From: Octopus vulgaris
Taxonomy: Eukaryota
DNA length: 64,000 bases
Reading direction: 5' to 3'
Assembly (NCBI GenBank): GCA_951406725.2
Contig: OX597824.1
Coordinates: forward strand, 2,604,001-2,668,000
Below are positions 28,301 to 39,720 of this stretch, in pieces. Position numbers and translations under genes: made by a program. How positions within the stretch are numbered: the first letter of the stretch is position 1; each line of letters begins with the position of its first letter. The notes under the pieces were generated by a model, which did no database searches, had not been told where the DNA came from, and saw nothing but the letters and a program-made list of their open reading frames with translations.

Positions 28301-31300
28301 TGCAGTTCAATATGTGAAACCAGTAAAAAGACAAAATCGAATAAATTTTGAAGAATTAATTATAAATAATAAAAAAAAAAGGGTGTTCCATGTCAACATT
28401 TTGTTTCTGTTAAGCAGAATCGTTTCACCTGAACTGACCCCTTCCCTTGCTCCCCCCCCCCCCATACAATGTCCTTCTCCTCTTTATTGCCATCATCATC
28501 CTCATCGTTTCATGTCCTTTGTTCCAACACAGTCAACAACCCAATTCCACTCGTTACAGTCCGTCGTCGTCTCCCTCAACATTCAGCCTCTTCAGTGAAA
28601 TCACTCTTCACCACTTCTTCCCATTCATACTTCTTCCCATTCATACTTCTTCCAGAGGTTCCTTTCACTTAGGACACTAAGAACTTTCATTTCTTTTACC
28701 CTTCTACATGCATCATGGCAGTTTTCTTTTCTCTTACACATCATCATCATCATTTAACATCCACTTTCCATGCTGGCATGGGTTAGATGGTTTGGCTGAG
28801 GACTGGTGCACCTTCTAGCTCAATCTGATCTGGCATTTTTTTTACAGCTGGATGCCCTCCCGAATGCCAACCACTCCGAGAGTGTAGTGGATGCTTTTTA
28901 TGTGCCACCGGTGCAAGGGCCAGTTCAGTGGTTCTGGCAATGACTACGCTCAAATGGTGTTTTTTATGTGCTACCTGCACGGGAGCCAGTCCGGCAGCAC
29001 TGGCAACGACCACGCTCAAATGTTGTTTTGCACGTGCCACTGGCACTTGTGCTGGTAAGTTGATGCTGGCAACAATCATGCTTGAATGGTGCTTTTAATG
29101 TGCCAACCCGTAGCCCTGGCAATGATCACGTTTGGATGTACTTTTAACGTTCCACTGGCACGAGTGCCGATCAGGCAGTATTGTCATCGGCCACGTCTGT
29201 GAGTTTGATTCCACTTGCCTCAACAGGTCTTCACAAGCAAAGTTTATTGTCTAATGAATGAGGGGTACTCATAAGTGGGCCGGTTACACCCCACGTTCAG
29301 ATGTACTTTTATCGTTTCAGTATTTTCCTCACACACCAGCCATGCTTCATCACACACAAACCCTAATTAAATATCAAAGTATATTTATTTAATTTCTTGT
29401 CAGTCTTTGTATGTCTTCCTCATTCAACATTCAGATTCCACTCGCTTGCTATACAACATTTTATACATTACCATCCAACTACCGATTCTTCACTCACAAG
29501 GAGAGCCTTTTGTTGTCAGAAGAGATAAAAAAAACTGCCTGAAATTTCTTCATCATCCTTATTCTTGCTAACAATACTTTCAGAGTCACCAAAGTAAAGA
29601 AGACTGGAAATTATTTCCACGGATTTTCCCAGGTCTCAGGATTCCTCATGGCTTGGTTTGCTACAACCTCATCCAGGGCAACTGCTAAATATTACTTAAC
29701 TTGAGTAACATCCAGAAACGGTGCCATTAAATCAATGCAACAGTTGTGTTCTATAAGTAAAAGAGTTGTAATTGATCAAAGAATTTACTTACATTTTCAA
29801 ATATATGTACAATGATGGTGACATTGGGATTCTCCTTATCGATAGAATCTACAAAATTATTTGATGCCAAGTTGATTACTTTTCCAAACTTTGGTCTATA
29901 GTGAAATAGAGAGAAGAAAAAAATGGTGATTAAATAATTAGAGAAGGTGTATATGAGTATTTATAATACATAAATATATATTAAATTAATACAGTGTATA
30001 ATGCATGTATAAATACACAAAGGTACAGGTGGGAGTATATATGTATATGTGGTTATATGTGTTTGTATGTATCTGCATGTATGTGTATATGCATATAGAA
30101 AGAATGTTTGTATATATGAGGTATCAAGTTGTTGGGTCAGGTGATGAAAGTCACGGAGAGGGTCATAACCCAATTAATAAGGGAGAGAGTTAGATTAGAT
30201 GAGATGCAGTTTGGGTTTGAGCCAGGGAGAAGTACCACTGATGCTATATTTCTGGTAAGGAGAAATTCCTAACCAAAGATAAACCTCTGTATTTCGCTTT
30301 TGTTGACATGGAGAAAGCTTTTGACAGGGTCCCCTGATCCCTTATCTGGTGATCAATGCAGAAACTAGGGATAGATGAGTGGTTAGTGAGAGCTGTACCA
30401 GCCATAGGGATGCTGTCAGTAAGGTGAGGGTTGGCAACAAGTATAGTGAAGAATTAAGGTAGAAGTAAGAGTTCACCAAGGATCAGTCCTCAGCCCCCTC
30501 TTTTCGTCATAGTCCTCCAGGCAATAACAGAGGAATTCAAGACAGGCTGCCCCTGGAAGCCCTTCCTTATTGATGACCTTGCTCTAATAGCTGAGTCACT
30601 ACTAGAACTAGAGAAAAAGTTTCAGGTGTGGAAGCAAGGTCTAGAATCGAAGGGCCTTAGAGTTAACCTAGCAAAACCAAAGTTCAGAGAGCTCCTCCCT
30701 CTGCTGGTAACAAAGAGCCTCTTGCTTAGAGTCTGTATGCGAACAGCCATCCTACAGTGCAGTGAAAGATGGACTGTGACTGCTGAGGGTCATGCGTAGG
30801 CTTCAAAGAAATGAAGCCAGTATGTTCCACTGGATGTGTAATATCAGTGTGCATACACAACAGAGTGTAAAGCACCCTGAGAGAAAAGTTGAACATTATA
30901 AGCATGAGATGTGGTGTGCAAGAGAGACAACTGAGCGGGTATGGTTATGCATTGTGAATGGATGAGGACAGCTGTGTGAAGAAGTGTCACTCACTAACAG
31001 TAAAGGGAACCTGTGGAAGAGTCAGATCCAGGAAGAGTCAGTCCAGGAAGCGACAGGATGAGGTGGTGAAGCATGACCTTCAAACATTGGGCCTCACAGG
31101 GGCAATGACAAATGACTGAGACCTTTGGAGATATGCTGTGCTTGAGAAGACCCAGCAAGCCAAGTGAGATTGTAGTCGTGGCTGATGTGTCACATGACTG
31201 GCCTGTTTAAAAAAGCACCCTTCAATCATTGGGCAACATGCCGTGCTTGTGAAGACCTGTTGAACTGAGGATGAAAAACAAAGTGAACCATGGCATAATT

Positions 31301-34300
31301 TGAAATTAGAAGGTAGAGAGCTGGAAAAAATATTGCTAAACATTATGTCAGCCATATTAACAATTCAACCAATAATAATAATAATAATGAGCACAAGTTC
31401 TCGAAATCGCAAAATGGTTATCCATAATTTATTTTTATTTTAGTATCTCACTACTTAGCTGTTATTCATTTTACCAAATTCCATAAACATGGATGATAAT
31501 ATAAGTTAGAAGACAATAATATACGCACATGTTATCTAGTTGTTTCCTCATTTCCTCTAACCTTCTTCTGCGATACTCTTTGATAAACTCATCCTCTAAG
31601 TCTTCCAGTTCTTTCTCAATATCTTGCATGAATCTATTATCCTTCTCTTCTTCTTTCTCATCATCAAGCTAAAGAAAAAAATACATACTTCATTTAAATG
31701 GCTCTGAGAAAGCTAAAACGATGTTGCACAAGCACTCAACTTTGAACGCATTGCTTCTTAGAGCAGAAACAGCTGTAAGCTAATGAAAGTGATTATGTGA
31801 CTCCTGTTCTTTTGTCATTCATTCATTGATATTAGGCTCTGTACTTGATTTACTCAAAAGCATTAATATACTGAATTCAAACGTCGGGTTATTAGCATCC
31901 CTATAGCTTAGTGAAATCATTAAAAGCTCAATGAAAAACACATGATAAAACTACAACACATTATTAGAGTGCTATAAATCCAAGAGGCCAAAACTGGCAC
32001 CAACCTACAGAATCAACAAAAACAATCGTTGAGAGTAAAAAAAACTTTAAAATAAAAAGAGAATAAATCTTGCATTTTGTTCATAATTCAGATGAGCTCT
32101 ACATTTGTTTCATTCACAATAAACATCATTGTTTATATAATTTAGATATAAGAGCACCATCCGAGTGTGATCGTTGCCAGAGCAGCCAACTGGCTTCCGT
32201 GCCAGTGGCATGAATGAGGCACCATTTGAGTGGGATCGTTACCAGCATCGCCTTACTGGCACCTGTGCCGTTGGCATGTGTAAAAAGATTCAAGTGAGGT
32301 CGTTGCCAGTACCGCCTGACAGGCTCCTGTGCCAGTGGCACGTAAAAGCACCCACTACAATCTCGGAGTGGTTGGCATTAGGAAGGGCATCCAGCTGTAG
32401 AAACCTTGCCAGATCAGATTGGAGCCTGGTGCAGCCACCTGGTTCACCAGTCCTCAGTCAAACCATCCAACCCATGCTAGCATGGAAAGCAGACGTTAAA
32501 TGATGATGATGAATTAATTTGTTTCAAACTCATAGCAATCAAGAAACAGTTACTAATTTAAATGCAAATGAGAGGCACATGTATTCTCAACAAATGTCCT
32601 GGAATTTAGTTTTTCATTTGAAGATGATGATTGTCATGGATTCCCCCAAATTGCATCAATAATTCTGCTTGAATCTATGTTGCTTTACAGTTCTTCATCC
32701 TGGGCCCTAAGCAAAAGGACATGAAACTATACTGGATCGCACCTGCATACACAGGTTTCATAGCCTTCTGAATATAACCAGGAGAGAACACCTGACCAGA
32801 GAGAGGTTATTTAATCAGCTTCTTAATATATCCAACACCATTAGTAAGAAGAATTTGGTTTGGTGGACATTGTTAAATGAGGAGCTGAGTAGTGGCACCT
32901 TTCTGTAGACACCTGAACAAGGCTGTAGGACATTGGTCATCCTGTGAGGACATAGGTTAATTATTCTGACAGATGACACTGAATGTTACAGACAGAAAGT
33001 GTCACATGAAAAGTTGATGAATGGGAAACCAGGGTCATGTGAATCTAAGCAAGCTTGACCTGGCGTTGATGACACTGACAGCTATGTGTGGTGTCTCAAT
33101 ATGCTAGAGATGACAACCAAAATCTCTGCTAAAAAGACAATTCCTAAAAATAAAGACAAAAAGATAGAAAGCATTTCATCACCAATCTGCTTGATTAGGG
33201 CTGACTTAGAGCTAAATACCAAGCACAATAATAAGAGTCTCCAGCTAATCCCACTTGACCTGCTGAAAAGAACAGCATAACAGAGTGAGTGAAAAGCAGA
33301 ATATATTGCTGAACTATTTCATATTAATCATACTAAAAGGAGAATCTTTATTTTCAGTGAAGGATGTGTGGAGATGTGTAGCTGCATCATCCTAGATATG
33401 GGAACAGTAATTTCCATATGAAACTCACTTGAGCTTTGTCAAAATGGTTGGGAGGTGTGCCTCATACTTACATGGGACCTGCAGGTCAGGGTGAGTTTCT
33501 TGGCCAATGCTTGCCTCTCGCGTTCCTGCTCATGCCTTTTCTCGGTCTCCAGTTTTTTAAATTGACGCCAATCATTGATGACCCCTTTCACACCAGTCTG
33601 AAGAGAAGAAGGTAAAAAGAAAAAACAATGGTAAATGGTTAGATACTAAAACAATACAAAAGATGGGCTTTCAATTAACCAAGAAATAATTCTTTTAAAT
33701 TTCGACCAGCTATTTTGAAGGGAGGGGTCAAGTTGATTACCCTGAGCCTAATAGTTGACTGGAACTTGTTTTATCCATCCTGAAATGGTGATGGTCAAAG
33801 TTGACCAAATAATATTGTTTTAGAGGAAACCACATTATATAAGTGGAAACTATTTTCACATCTCTCTTTCCAATTTATATAATGTTTATCCACAGCAGCA
33901 ACAAACCTTTTCCGTCAATCTATTTTACATCAACATCTAGCATAAAACTGCCTCCTTCACTTTCATAGTTCCATTTGAGAAATGTGCATTATCTTTGTGA
34001 CCATCGAATATTTTTTTACAACAACCCAGAAATAATAATATTTATTATTTTAAGTTATTTTTTTAATAAAAGACGTCCCCTTAATTTGAAACCAGTTTGA
34101 TAAATGCTATGCACAAAACTCTCAGCCCTCAAGTCATTTGCTTCTGCTAATTAAAATCAAAATCATACATACATAGATGCATGCATGAATGGATGTCATT
34201 ATTTAGTCTTATTTCAAAATTTCTTGCCAACAGATTGAGTATGTATGTATGTATATATGGATGGGTGGATGTATGTATATATATATATATATATATACTA

Positions 34301-36177
34301 CAAAATTAGAAAATGGAGAAACATACTTAAATCAATAAAACATCAACTATCAGATGATACCCAATCAATACTTTATTACACCATTACATATCAGTAAAGG
34401 CATTATACAAAATATACAGTAAATGTAAATAGACAAAGAGATATAAGTATAAAATTTCAAATATAATATGTAATTAAATCATATCTGACAGCTGTTTCGG
34501 CAGCAAGGACAGTCATACCTCATTTAACCTATAAGCCGTAAAGGCAGGTATAAATGAGGCATTAACAAGGATGCCCCACAGCCTCTTCAGAGAATTAAAT
34601 TTGTTATAATTGTGAAAAAATTATTTTTCCATATACATATCTCTTACAAACACTAACTCTGAGCACCTTTTCAAACTCCACCTGTCTAACACCCGTGGGC
34701 ATGTTTACAAAGTCAGAAAACAGCACAGCTCCCATGACTTTCAGAAACATCTTTTCACACTAAGAGTTGCTGAAGCATGGAACAAACTGCCGGCATCAGT
34801 TGTTAGTTGTCGGAGCACTGCATCCTTCAAAACTTCCATGCTTCCTGACATTCGCCAACACTACACCTGATTTTCTCCCCTCCATACACCCGCAAGCATG
34901 TATCTGACTCATACACTGTTCACTTCCCAGACATTTGTACATTACTGCATATGCTTTATATGTACTTTTCACAAGTTGTGAGGCACCTGAGCACTGTATA
35001 CAATAATTTCATTATTATCATATATATATATATATCATCATCATCATCATCATCATTTAGCGTCCGTTTTCCATGCTAGCATGGGTTGGACGGTTCAACT
35101 GGGGTCTGGGGAGCCCGAAGGCTGCACCAGGCCAGTCAGATCTGGCAGTGTTTCTACAGCTGGATGCCCTTCCTAACGCCAACCACTCCGAGAGTGTAGT
35201 GGGTGATTTTATGTGCCACCGACACAGGTGCCAGACGAGGCTGGCGAACGGCCACGCTCGGATGGTGTTTTTATGTGCCACCGACACAGGTGCCAGACGA
35301 GGCTGGCAGACGGCCACGCTCGGATGGTGTTTTTATGTGCCACCGACACAGGTGCCAGATGAGGCTGGCGGACGGCCACGATCGGATGGTGTTTGTTACG
35401 GAGGCCAGTCTATGCGGTACTGGCTACGGCCATGTTCGGATGATTTTCTTGTGTGCCACCGGCACTGTTTCACAAAGATACAAATTCCATTGATGTTCAT
35501 CTATTTTGATTTGATTTGATTTTTGATTTTCACTTGCCTCAACAGGTCTTCACAAGTGTCACAAGAAGGAAGGTATGCACAGGTGGACTGACTACGTCCC
35601 AGGTAGGGGCCACGGGTTATGGCCTGACTAGTCTTGCCGGGTCTTCGGATGGTGTTTTTATGTGCCACCGACACAGGTGCCAGATGGGGCTGGCGAACGG
35701 CCACGATCGGATGGTGTTTGTTGCGTGCCCACAGCACGGAGGCCAGTCGATGCGGTACTGGCTACGGCCACGTTCGGATGGTTTTCTTGTGTGCCACCGG
35801 CACTGGTACCACAAAGATACAAATTCCATTGATGTTCATCTATTTTGATTTGATTTGATTTTCACTTGCCTCAACAGGTCTTCACAGGTCTTCACAAGTG
35901 TCACAAGAAGGAAGGAAGGTATGCACAGGTGGACTGACTACGTCCCAAGTAGGGGCCACGGGTTATGGCCTGACTAGTCTTGCCGGGTCTTCGGTTGGTG
36001 TTTTTATGTGCCATCGACACAGGTGCCAGATGAGGCTGGCGGGCGGCCACGATCGGATGGTGTTTGTTATGTGCCCACATCACAGAGGCCAGTCGATGCG
36101 GTATTGGCTACGGCCACGTTCGGATGGTTTTCTTGTGTGCCACCGGTACTGGTACCACAAAGATACAAATTCCATTG

Positions 36178-36213
<36 letters not shown>

Positions 36214-36866
36214 TCTGTTTCTCTTTCTTACACAGACACACACACACAAACACACATTGTCATCATTTAAATCCAAATTTCATGGTGGTGTGGGGTGGAT
36301 AATTTGACAGCCTGAGGGCTGAGTCCATCTCGAATGTCTGCTTTGAGATGGTTTTTTGTGGTTGGATGCCCGACCAATCACCAACCACTTTACAAAGTGC
36401 TCTGGGTCCTCTTTCCTTCGTGTGTTACCAGCACCAGTGAGATCACAAAGTGACTCCACAAGACCAAGCCCCCAAAACAAGATGAGAGAGCAGTATTTAA
36501 GGACGGTGGCTGAGGTATCCTGCTATAGAAGAGATACGTGGCTACCCCAATATGAAAGGGAGAAAGGATGGTGAAGATGGGGTATGAGAGTGGATAGAAA
36601 GAGAGAGTAGAAGCAAAGAATGAAGTATGCCTGGGTGGGTAAGCAGGTTTGTGAGGGTATAAATAAGGGATCCTTACATTGGTACATCTTCCTTCGTATT
36701 CTTTAATCTCTGGCTCAGGAATAAAAGTAGGTTCACGAATCGATCTCCCTGTTCCTGATTCCTCGTCTCCAAGATCATTCTCTTCTTCTTCTTCTTCCTC
36801 TTCACTACTACTACAGTAATAATGTGTTTTCTCTCCAAGAAGTTTATCGTCTAGCGTCAGCGACAT
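13906..36866 (-). CDS. PDCL: Phosducin-like protein 1 (PhLP1), 7 coding exons, 308 aa
   Basis: Exons join with GT-AG sites in consistent phase (189+126+140+103+114+125+130=927 nt). Translation has MSLTLDDKLLGEKTHYYCSSS, NTGVKGVINDWRQFK, thioredoxin-like CEAMDGCLLCLSQEYPTIKFC and VPALLIYKGGEMIGNF, all phosducin-family motifs. Confidence 0.95.
14671..15760 (+). mobile_element. Tc1-like DNA transposon (IR/DR type), 3'-truncated, frameshifted transposase
   Basis: TA|CAGTGGCTTGCAAAAGT left end; paired-like HTH GYKKIAKTL..PLSTV, GRPSKL, DETK and TVKHSGG.IMLWGCFS; stops before the second catalytic Asp. Confidence 0.9.
16562..17803 (+). mobile_element. Internally deleted R4/Dong-like non-LTR retrotransposon (RT, CCHC and REL fragments)
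   Basis: FPEEQKGCRK, IRHGIFQGDSL, KPLHGQF, ETESLIVAAQDQAI, HIVTECPKLA and WDFPIQ..RPDIT across frames; ends in (TAA)n at 17781. Confidence 0.85.
19075..19625. repeat. Degenerate (CAT/CAC)n low-complexity region
   Basis: Directly visible; a similar tract lies at ~20150-20480. Confidence 0.9.
20842..21205 (+). mobile_element. tRNA-derived SINE (same family as the 37.7-kb array)
   Basis: TGGCCCAATGG A box, GTTTCGATTCC B box, body AAAACACCTAAAGCTCCACGAGGCTCCGGCAG shared with 38284 onward. Confidence 0.8.
23606..24050 (-). mobile_element. mariner relic with TIR
   Basis: VEEVRTELVEYFSSRTSEFWKRGLASLPDK C-terminal mariner motif; TIR-like GGTCGCCCCATAAATAATGC. Confidence 0.7.
24141..24265 (-). CDS. 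PDCL: PDCL coding exon 6 (STEGVPALLIYKGGEMIGNF...IESFLQE)
   Basis: cag acceptor, gtaagt donor, 125 nt; PALLIYKGGE motif. Confidence 0.94.
24330..24685. repeat. Purine-rich minisatellite (GAGAAGGAGAGAAATAAAGAGA-like units)
   Basis: GGAGAGAAATAAAGAG and near-variants recur about 7 times. Confidence 0.85.
24865..24978 (-). CDS. PDCL: PDCL coding exon 5 (NKEACEAMDGCLLCLSQEYPTIKFCRI...)
   Basis: cag acceptor, gtaagt donor, 114 nt in frame. Confidence 0.93.
29793..29895 (-). CDS. PDCL: PDCL coding exon 4 (PKFGKVINL...VTIIVHIFEN)
   Basis: tag acceptor, gtaagt donor, 103 nt; FGxV and IDKE...VHI motifs. Confidence 0.93.
30135..31270 (+). mobile_element. RTE-clade LINE fragment (decayed RT and 3' region)
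   Basis: EMQFGFEPGRSTTDAIFLVR, LYFAFVDMEKAFDRVP, VHQGSVLSP and DDLAL RT motifs with stops and frameshifts. Confidence 0.9.
31529..31668 (-). CDS. PDCL: PDCL coding exon 3 (LDDEKEEEKD...EDEFIKEYRRRRLEEMRKQL)
   Basis: tag acceptor, gtgcgt donor, phase matches next exon; DEFxxxYRxxRxEEM phosducin helix. Confidence 0.92.
32150..32511 (+). mobile_element. RTE-tail repeat (representative of more than 12 copies)
   Basis: AGGAAGGGCATCCAGCTGTAGAAAC...CCATGCTAGCATGG...(GAT)n. Other copies at ~21975-22640, 23095-23470, 28740-29320, 37020-37260, 37381-37590, 49855-50120, 58510-58895 and 59897-60385. Confidence 0.85.
33472..33597 (-). CDS. PDCL: PDCL coding exon 2 (TGVKGVINDWRQFKK...TCRSH)
   Basis: cag acceptor, gtaagt donor, 126 nt; contains the TG(P/V)KGVINDW G-beta-gamma-binding motif. 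Confidence 0.95.
34475..34602 (-). ncRNA. Type I hammerhead ribozyme motif (Penelope-type, extended stem II)
   Basis: Minus strand: UCU-CUGAAGA(34590-34584)-GGC...GCC-GAAA(34498-34495)-CAGCUG-UC/AGA. All core nucleotides are present, stem II is a long hairpin, and stem III has a palindromic loop. Confidence 0.75.
34625..35018 (+). mobile_element. CR1/L2-group LINE 3' end
   Basis: NTRGHVYKVRKQH...FTLRVAEAWNKLPASVV...SFK, then 3' UTR ending in (ATT)n. Confidence 0.8.
35035..36180 (-). mobile_element. RTE-tail repeat with nested internal tandem duplications
   Basis: (CAT)n-TTTAGCGTCCGTTTTCCATGCTAGCATGG end; 62-bp units at 35211, 35273 and 35335; larger duplications restart at 35660 and 36006. 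Confidence 0.85.
36678..36866 (-). CDS. PDCL: PDCL coding exon 1 (MSLTLDDKLLGEK...EGRCTN)
   Basis: Acceptor just outside 36878, ATG at 36866, donor gtaagg after 36678; PhLP1 N-terminal motif with SSS CK2 sites. Confidence 0.93.
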
Positions 36867-37667
36867 ATTGATAAATATCTGCAACATTCAAGAAAAGGAT
36901 ATTAGAAAAAAAAACAAAACAAATAGAATTATTCAATGGAATTTTTACGAGACAGCCAGATATAATTTCCTGTCATCAAACCACACTTGGTTCCAAGCAG
37001 GATAATATTGCCCCATGACCAGCACCATTCAAACATGACCAATGCCAGCACTGCCTTGACTGGCTTCCGTGCCAGTGGCACGTAAAAGGCACCCACAACA
37101 CTCTCGAAGTGGTTGGCATTAGGAAGGGCATCCAGCTGTAGAAACTGCCAGATCAGACTGGAGCCTGGTGCAGCCTCCTGGCTTCCTAGACCCCAGACGA
37201 ACCGCCCAACCCATGCTAGCATGGAAAACGGACGTTAAACGATGATTATGATGATGATGACCAGACTTGGTCTCCACAGAAAACAAGAAAAGAAAAGAAC
37301 AACTCGAATGAGGGTGATGTTCATTTACAATTTCACATAATGTCAAAACGAGGGTACGCACAGACATACAAACAGGCCCCATCATTGTCATCATTTAACG
37401 TCCGTTTTCCATGCGGGCATGGGTTGGACGGTTTGACCAAGGTCTGGAGAGCCAGTGGCTGCACCAGGCTCCATTCTGATTTGTCAATATTTCTACAGCT
37501 GGGTGCCAGCCACTCCAAGAGTGTAGTCGGTGCTTTTTACGTGCCACCGGCACAGGAGCGAGTCAGTGGGCACTGGCACCGATCACATTTATTCTTTAAT
37601 ACATTATAATTGAAAGGCTCCAATTTCCAGTACTCAAAGTTACTCATTCCCAATCATCAGCTGGTGT

Positions 37668-38425
37668 GGAGGCATATGGCCTAGTGGTTAGAGCAACAGA
37701 CTCACAGTCAAGGGATCACAGGTTCGAATCTCAGACCAAGCAACGTGTGTGTTTATGAGCAAATGGCCTAGTGGTTAGAGCAACAGACTCACAGTCAAGG
37801 GATCACAGGTTCGAATCTCAGACCAAGCAACGTGTGTGTTTATGAGCAAATGGCCTAGTGGTTAGAGCAACAGACTCACAGTCAAGGGATCACAGGTTCG
37901 AATCTCAGACCAAGCAACGTGTGTGTTTATGAGCAAATGGCCTAGTGGTTAGAGCAACAGACTCACAGTCAAGGGATCACAGGTTCGAATCTCAGACCAA
38001 GCAACGTGTGTGTTTATGAGCAAATGGCCTAGTGGTTAGAGCAACAGACTCACAGTCAAGGGATCACAGGTTCGAATCTCAGACCAAGCAACGTGTGTGT
38101 TTATGAGCAAATGGCCTAGTGGTTAGAGCAACAGACTCACAGTCAAGGGATCACAGGTTCGAATCTCAGACCAAGCAACGTGTGTGTTTATGAGCAAATG
38201 GCCTAGTGGTTAGAGCAACAGACTCACAGTCAAGGGATCACAGGTTCGAATCTCAAACCGAGTAATGTGTGTGTTTATGAGCAAAACACCTAAGTTCCAT
38301 GTGGCTCCAGCAGAAGGTAATGGCAAACTTCTGCTGACACTTTCGCCACAGCTATCTCTCACTCTTTCCTCCTGCATCTAAGAGCTCATCTGCGACAAAC
38401 AGGCATCCTGTTCAGGTGGGGAACA
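37668..38425 (+). mobile_element. tRNA-derived SINE whose 87-bp head is amplified 7 times in tandem
   Basis: Units start at 37676, 37763, 37850, 37937, 38024, 38111 and 38198, each with A box TGGCCTAGTGG and B box GGTTCGAATC. The body follows unit 7 and matches the single-headed copy at 20842. Confidence 0.9.
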
Positions 38426-39522
38426 GTAAAGAATTGAAGAAACAAAGATTGGGAAGAAAAATCTTTCAAAAAAATTTAAACTCGAAAATTTATGGAAAAC
38501 AAAATGCGGGTGGAGAATCCGCTATTTCCGTCTTTTTTTTCTTCTTCAGATTCGTAATAATCTACGACGCTTAAAACAGATCGGAAGAAATTAGGATCGT
38601 GAAGAAATCATACAAGAGTATTCCCAACTCTATGGGAACGTCTATTACGGGATTCCATTTCACAGATGGTAATGTCCTAAGCTGAAACAGGGCTTCTGTG
38701 AGAATCGAAACCAACTCTCACAGTTGGCTTCAATACAGAACGATTCTACTGAGATTTTTCCAATCGGCACAAGATACCAGAAATTATTCACAAGACGGAC
38801 TAGGAGATCAGGACAGAGATGCATTTGTCCACAACATCAACTAGGAGTAAAGAGATGCAAGCCGCAAAAATCCCTCTACATAGTTATTTTGACCTGTTAG
38901 AATTAGCAGCCGAATGTCCCTCATATTCCATCCGACCCTTTTTAACAAAGAAAGCACACGGTGCGTCGATTCATAAATTGTGGCGAGAAGGCATAAAAAT
39001 AAGTCGGAATGATCACAGCTGGATCGCATTTTGATAATGTGGAACCAAAGAAGACTAGCACCAAGACTGCGGGTTACTTAGGCAGCAATCTTGATGGGAG
39101 GGGGTTCAGTCCCCACACTCGATCTCAGTAGGGGACTGGCACTTTATTTTATCGATTCCCGCAGGCTGAAAAGCAAAGTTAAACTCAACATTAATAGCAT
39201 GCATATCAGAATGCTAAATAAAGATTTCGATGCAAATATTTGCTCCTTTAGAAATCAAACAATTTTACATTTGAAATTAGTTGTTAAAAATGAATAACGA
39301 AGATCGCTGGTCGATACTTTTGCGTAGTGTTTCCATATATCAGGGATCGGACGGATTCTTTGGAGAAAACGTGTTGTTAAATTGACTTGTGTGTTTTGTG
39401 GTGGATCGGAATGGATTTAATTAATTTTAAATTCTAAGAAATCGACGATCGAAGAATCGTCGCAGAAAATGGAAACAAAGACGAAGATGACAACAAAGAA
39501 TATAAAATAATATTTTACTTAC

Positions 39523-39600
39523 TGTGAAATGAATGAAGCTGTCAAAAGTGGGAAGGAATTTGGTGAAAACGGAAAGTACAAGTGGAGAATGTTTATAGGT
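39523..39600 (-). other. PDCL: Probable non-coding first exon of PDCL
   Basis: The coding exon at 36878 starts with an acceptor, so an upstream exon is required. A consensus minus-strand donor (CACA|gtaagt) sits at 39522, next to the promoter motif cluster. The 5' boundary is approximate. Confidence 0.55.
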
Positions 39601-39720
39601 GGACGCCTCACTTCCGGTTAGGAAAGTGATATCTATTTCCGGTTCCGGAATAACATTGAGCATGCGCGACATCGTCTTCAACTTCCTGTCCGATCTCCGG
39701 TTCTTGGCTTTTCTTTGATT
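39600..39720. promoter_or_regulatory. Bidirectional promoter shared by PDCL and NAA10
   Basis: ETS-like CTTCCGG (39611-39617), TTCCGGTTCCGGAA (39637-39650) and ACTTCCTG (39681-39688), plus NRF1-like GAGCATGCGCG (39658-39668), in CpG-retaining DNA between the two divergent genes. Confidence 0.7.

Noticed and set aside
37676-38284. CRISPR-like array or tRNA gene cluster
   Set aside because: Units are identical with no unique spacers and lack an acceptor stem; the sequence continues into a SINE body.
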